36,760 nt of DNA, from the IMG/VR virus record IMGVR_UViG_3300032212_000685, positions 1 through 36,760 of that record; one strand, 5' to 3'. The notes under the pieces were generated by a model. It ran no database searches. It saw only the letters and a program-made list of their open reading frames with translations, and was not told the origin of the DNA. The DNA comes from a virus. Taxonomy: Duplodnaviria; Caudoviricetes. The translations under genes were made by a program, and so were the position numbers. The stretch's first letter is position 1. Each line of letters opens with the position of its first letter. Of the stretch, positions 35,519 through 36,760 are shown piece by piece.

Positions 35519-36760
35519 ATGCCAGAAATAGATGTTGGTAAAGTCCCTTTCAAAGAAGCCATTGATCACTTCCAAGGCAAACTAAAAATACCATCTCAGC
35601 ATTGGGATGACATGCTCGGTGATGTTCATGCGAAAGCCTTCACGGTTGCTGGCGCCACTAAAGCTGATCTATTAACTGACTTCCACACAGCAGTAAATGA
35701 TGCCATTAAAAATGGCACCACCATCACTGAATTCAGAAAGCAGTTTGATAAAACAGTGGCCAAGCATGGCTGGTCATACAAAGGTAAACGTGGCTGGCGT
35801 ACTCGTGTAATTTATGACACCAATTTACGTACCGCACATGCCGCCGGTAAGTGGCAACAGTTCCAACGCTTAAAAGATCGCCGACCATTTTTACAATACT
35901 ACACAGTGGGTGATGAACGTGTCCGACCAGAACACCGCCAATGGCATTTAATTACTTTACATATTGATGATGAATGGTGGATAACACACTATCCACCCAA
36001 TGACTTCGGATGCCGTTGTGGTGCACGCCAACTTTCTTTACGACAAGTAAGAAAAGAAAAAATAGATATCTCTGGCCAAGCGCCAGCACTCGATCCAACT
36101 GAACGTATAAACATTGCTTCAGGTGAAATTTATGGTGAAGTTCCAAAAGGTATTGGTGTTGGTTGGAACTACAATGTTGGCAAAGCATGGCTAGGGCCAG
36201 ATATCGCTTTTGGTGAAAAGATTATGGCCATGCCAAACTCACTAAGAACAGCAGCTTTGAACAACACAAAAGACCTGGCTCCGCACCTTGAAAAAACGTT
36301 CAGCCCGTGGGCAAATAAACTACTTACGCGGGAAAAAGCACTCGGTGAAATTAAGACCGTTGGCTACCTATCACCACGCATTGTTGATGAATTAATTCGC
36401 CGAAATCAGGCTCCAACAACAGCCGTGATCACCACCACTGATAGCGACATTATTAGCATGCTTCAAAACGCTACTGATATCCAAAATCTGCCAATCGACA
36501 TGGTGCGCTCATTGCCTAATATCATTCAACAACCACAAGCCATATTGTGGGATAAAAGTCAGGCTGGGTTACTTTACATTTTCAATGCGCCCGATGGGGC
36601 AAACGATGTGAAAACCGCCCTCCGAGTAAACATCAAAACTATTAATAAAGCCGTTAATGTTGCAGCTCAAACCAACAGCTTAAAAGCAGGTAACCTGGTC
36701 GAATTACAAAGCCTGAAGGACAAGGAAATATACGATGTGCTGGATGGCCAGCTTCAATAA
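35519..36760 (+). CDS. minor head protein MuF (gp30-like) with C-terminal extension
   Basis: AFTVAGA, R...IY.TN...A..AG.W, D.RVRP.H, PPN.FGCRC, G.D-like GW.YN.G; about 180 extra C-terminal residues. Confidence 0.92.
   Translation: MPEIDVGKVPFKEAIDHFQGKLKIPSQHWDDMLGDVHAKAFTVAGATKADLLTDFHTAVNDAIKNGTTITEFRKQFDKTVAKHGWSYKGKRGWRTRVIYDTNLRTAHAAGKWQQFQRLKDRRPFLQYYTVGDERVRPEHRQWHLITLHIDDEWWITHYPPNDFGCRCGARQLSLRQVRKEKIDISGQAPALDPTERINIASGEIYGEVPKGIGVGWNYNVGKAWLGPDIAFGEKIMAMPNSLRTAALNNTKDLAPHLEKTFSPWANKLLTREKALGEIKTVGYLSPRIVDELIRRNQAPTTAVITTTDSDIISMLQNATDIQNLPIDMVRSLPNIIQQPQAILWDKSQAGLLYIFNAPDGANDVKTALRVNIKTINKAVNVAAQTNSLKAGNLVELQSLKDKEIYDVLDGQLQ

Larger units (their letters stand above)
1..36760. mobile_element. 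Mu-like transposable (pro)phage, myovirus type, near-complete; ends not in window
   Basis: DDE transposase + AAA ATPase, ner, gemA, Mor-like, Mu-type terminase/portal/F, sheath/tube, gp43-gp48-like baseplate series. Confidence 0.96.

Noticed and set aside
254-36188. Many short shadow ORFs opposite or within conserved genes (e.g. 5942-6295, 13181-13510, 21313-21708, 26328-26669, 34300-34617)
   Set aside because: They lie inside well-supported genes and show no coupling to neighbours, unlike the two bridge ORFs
1-36760. tRNA/rRNA genes and phage ends
   Set aside because: None recognised by eye; the window starts and ends at stop codons

Overview
The window is essentially one Mu-like (transposable, contractile-tailed) phage or prophage of about 36.8 kb, trimmed at the stop codons of its outermost genes, so the TG...CA ends are not visible. 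Its layout differs from Mu. The repressor/ner switch is in the middle. The right arm (+) carries ner, DDE transposase A, ATPase B, semi-essential genes, gemA, a Mor-like activator, lysis genes, terminases, portal and MuF. The left arm (-) carries protease/scaffold, capsid, neck, tail, baseplate, a short tail fibre and a Dam-family methyltransferase in the mom position. Relative to Mu, the whole c-to-F half appears inverted around a central element resembling a strong gyrase site. Both late operons start at near-identical palindrome + CATGCT promoters that appear to give leaderless mRNAs. The most unusual signal is two antisense cargo genes nested inside phage operons. Each is fully overlaid on the operon strand by a stop-free ORF that joins the flanking genes. 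Also seen: a structured-RNA candidate next to the methyltransferase, a -2 frameshift site in the tail chaperone, several unannotated micro-ORFs, and a membrane/secreted cargo cluster with a SLATT-like gene. All family assignments come from recognising motifs and gene order by eye; no database search was run.
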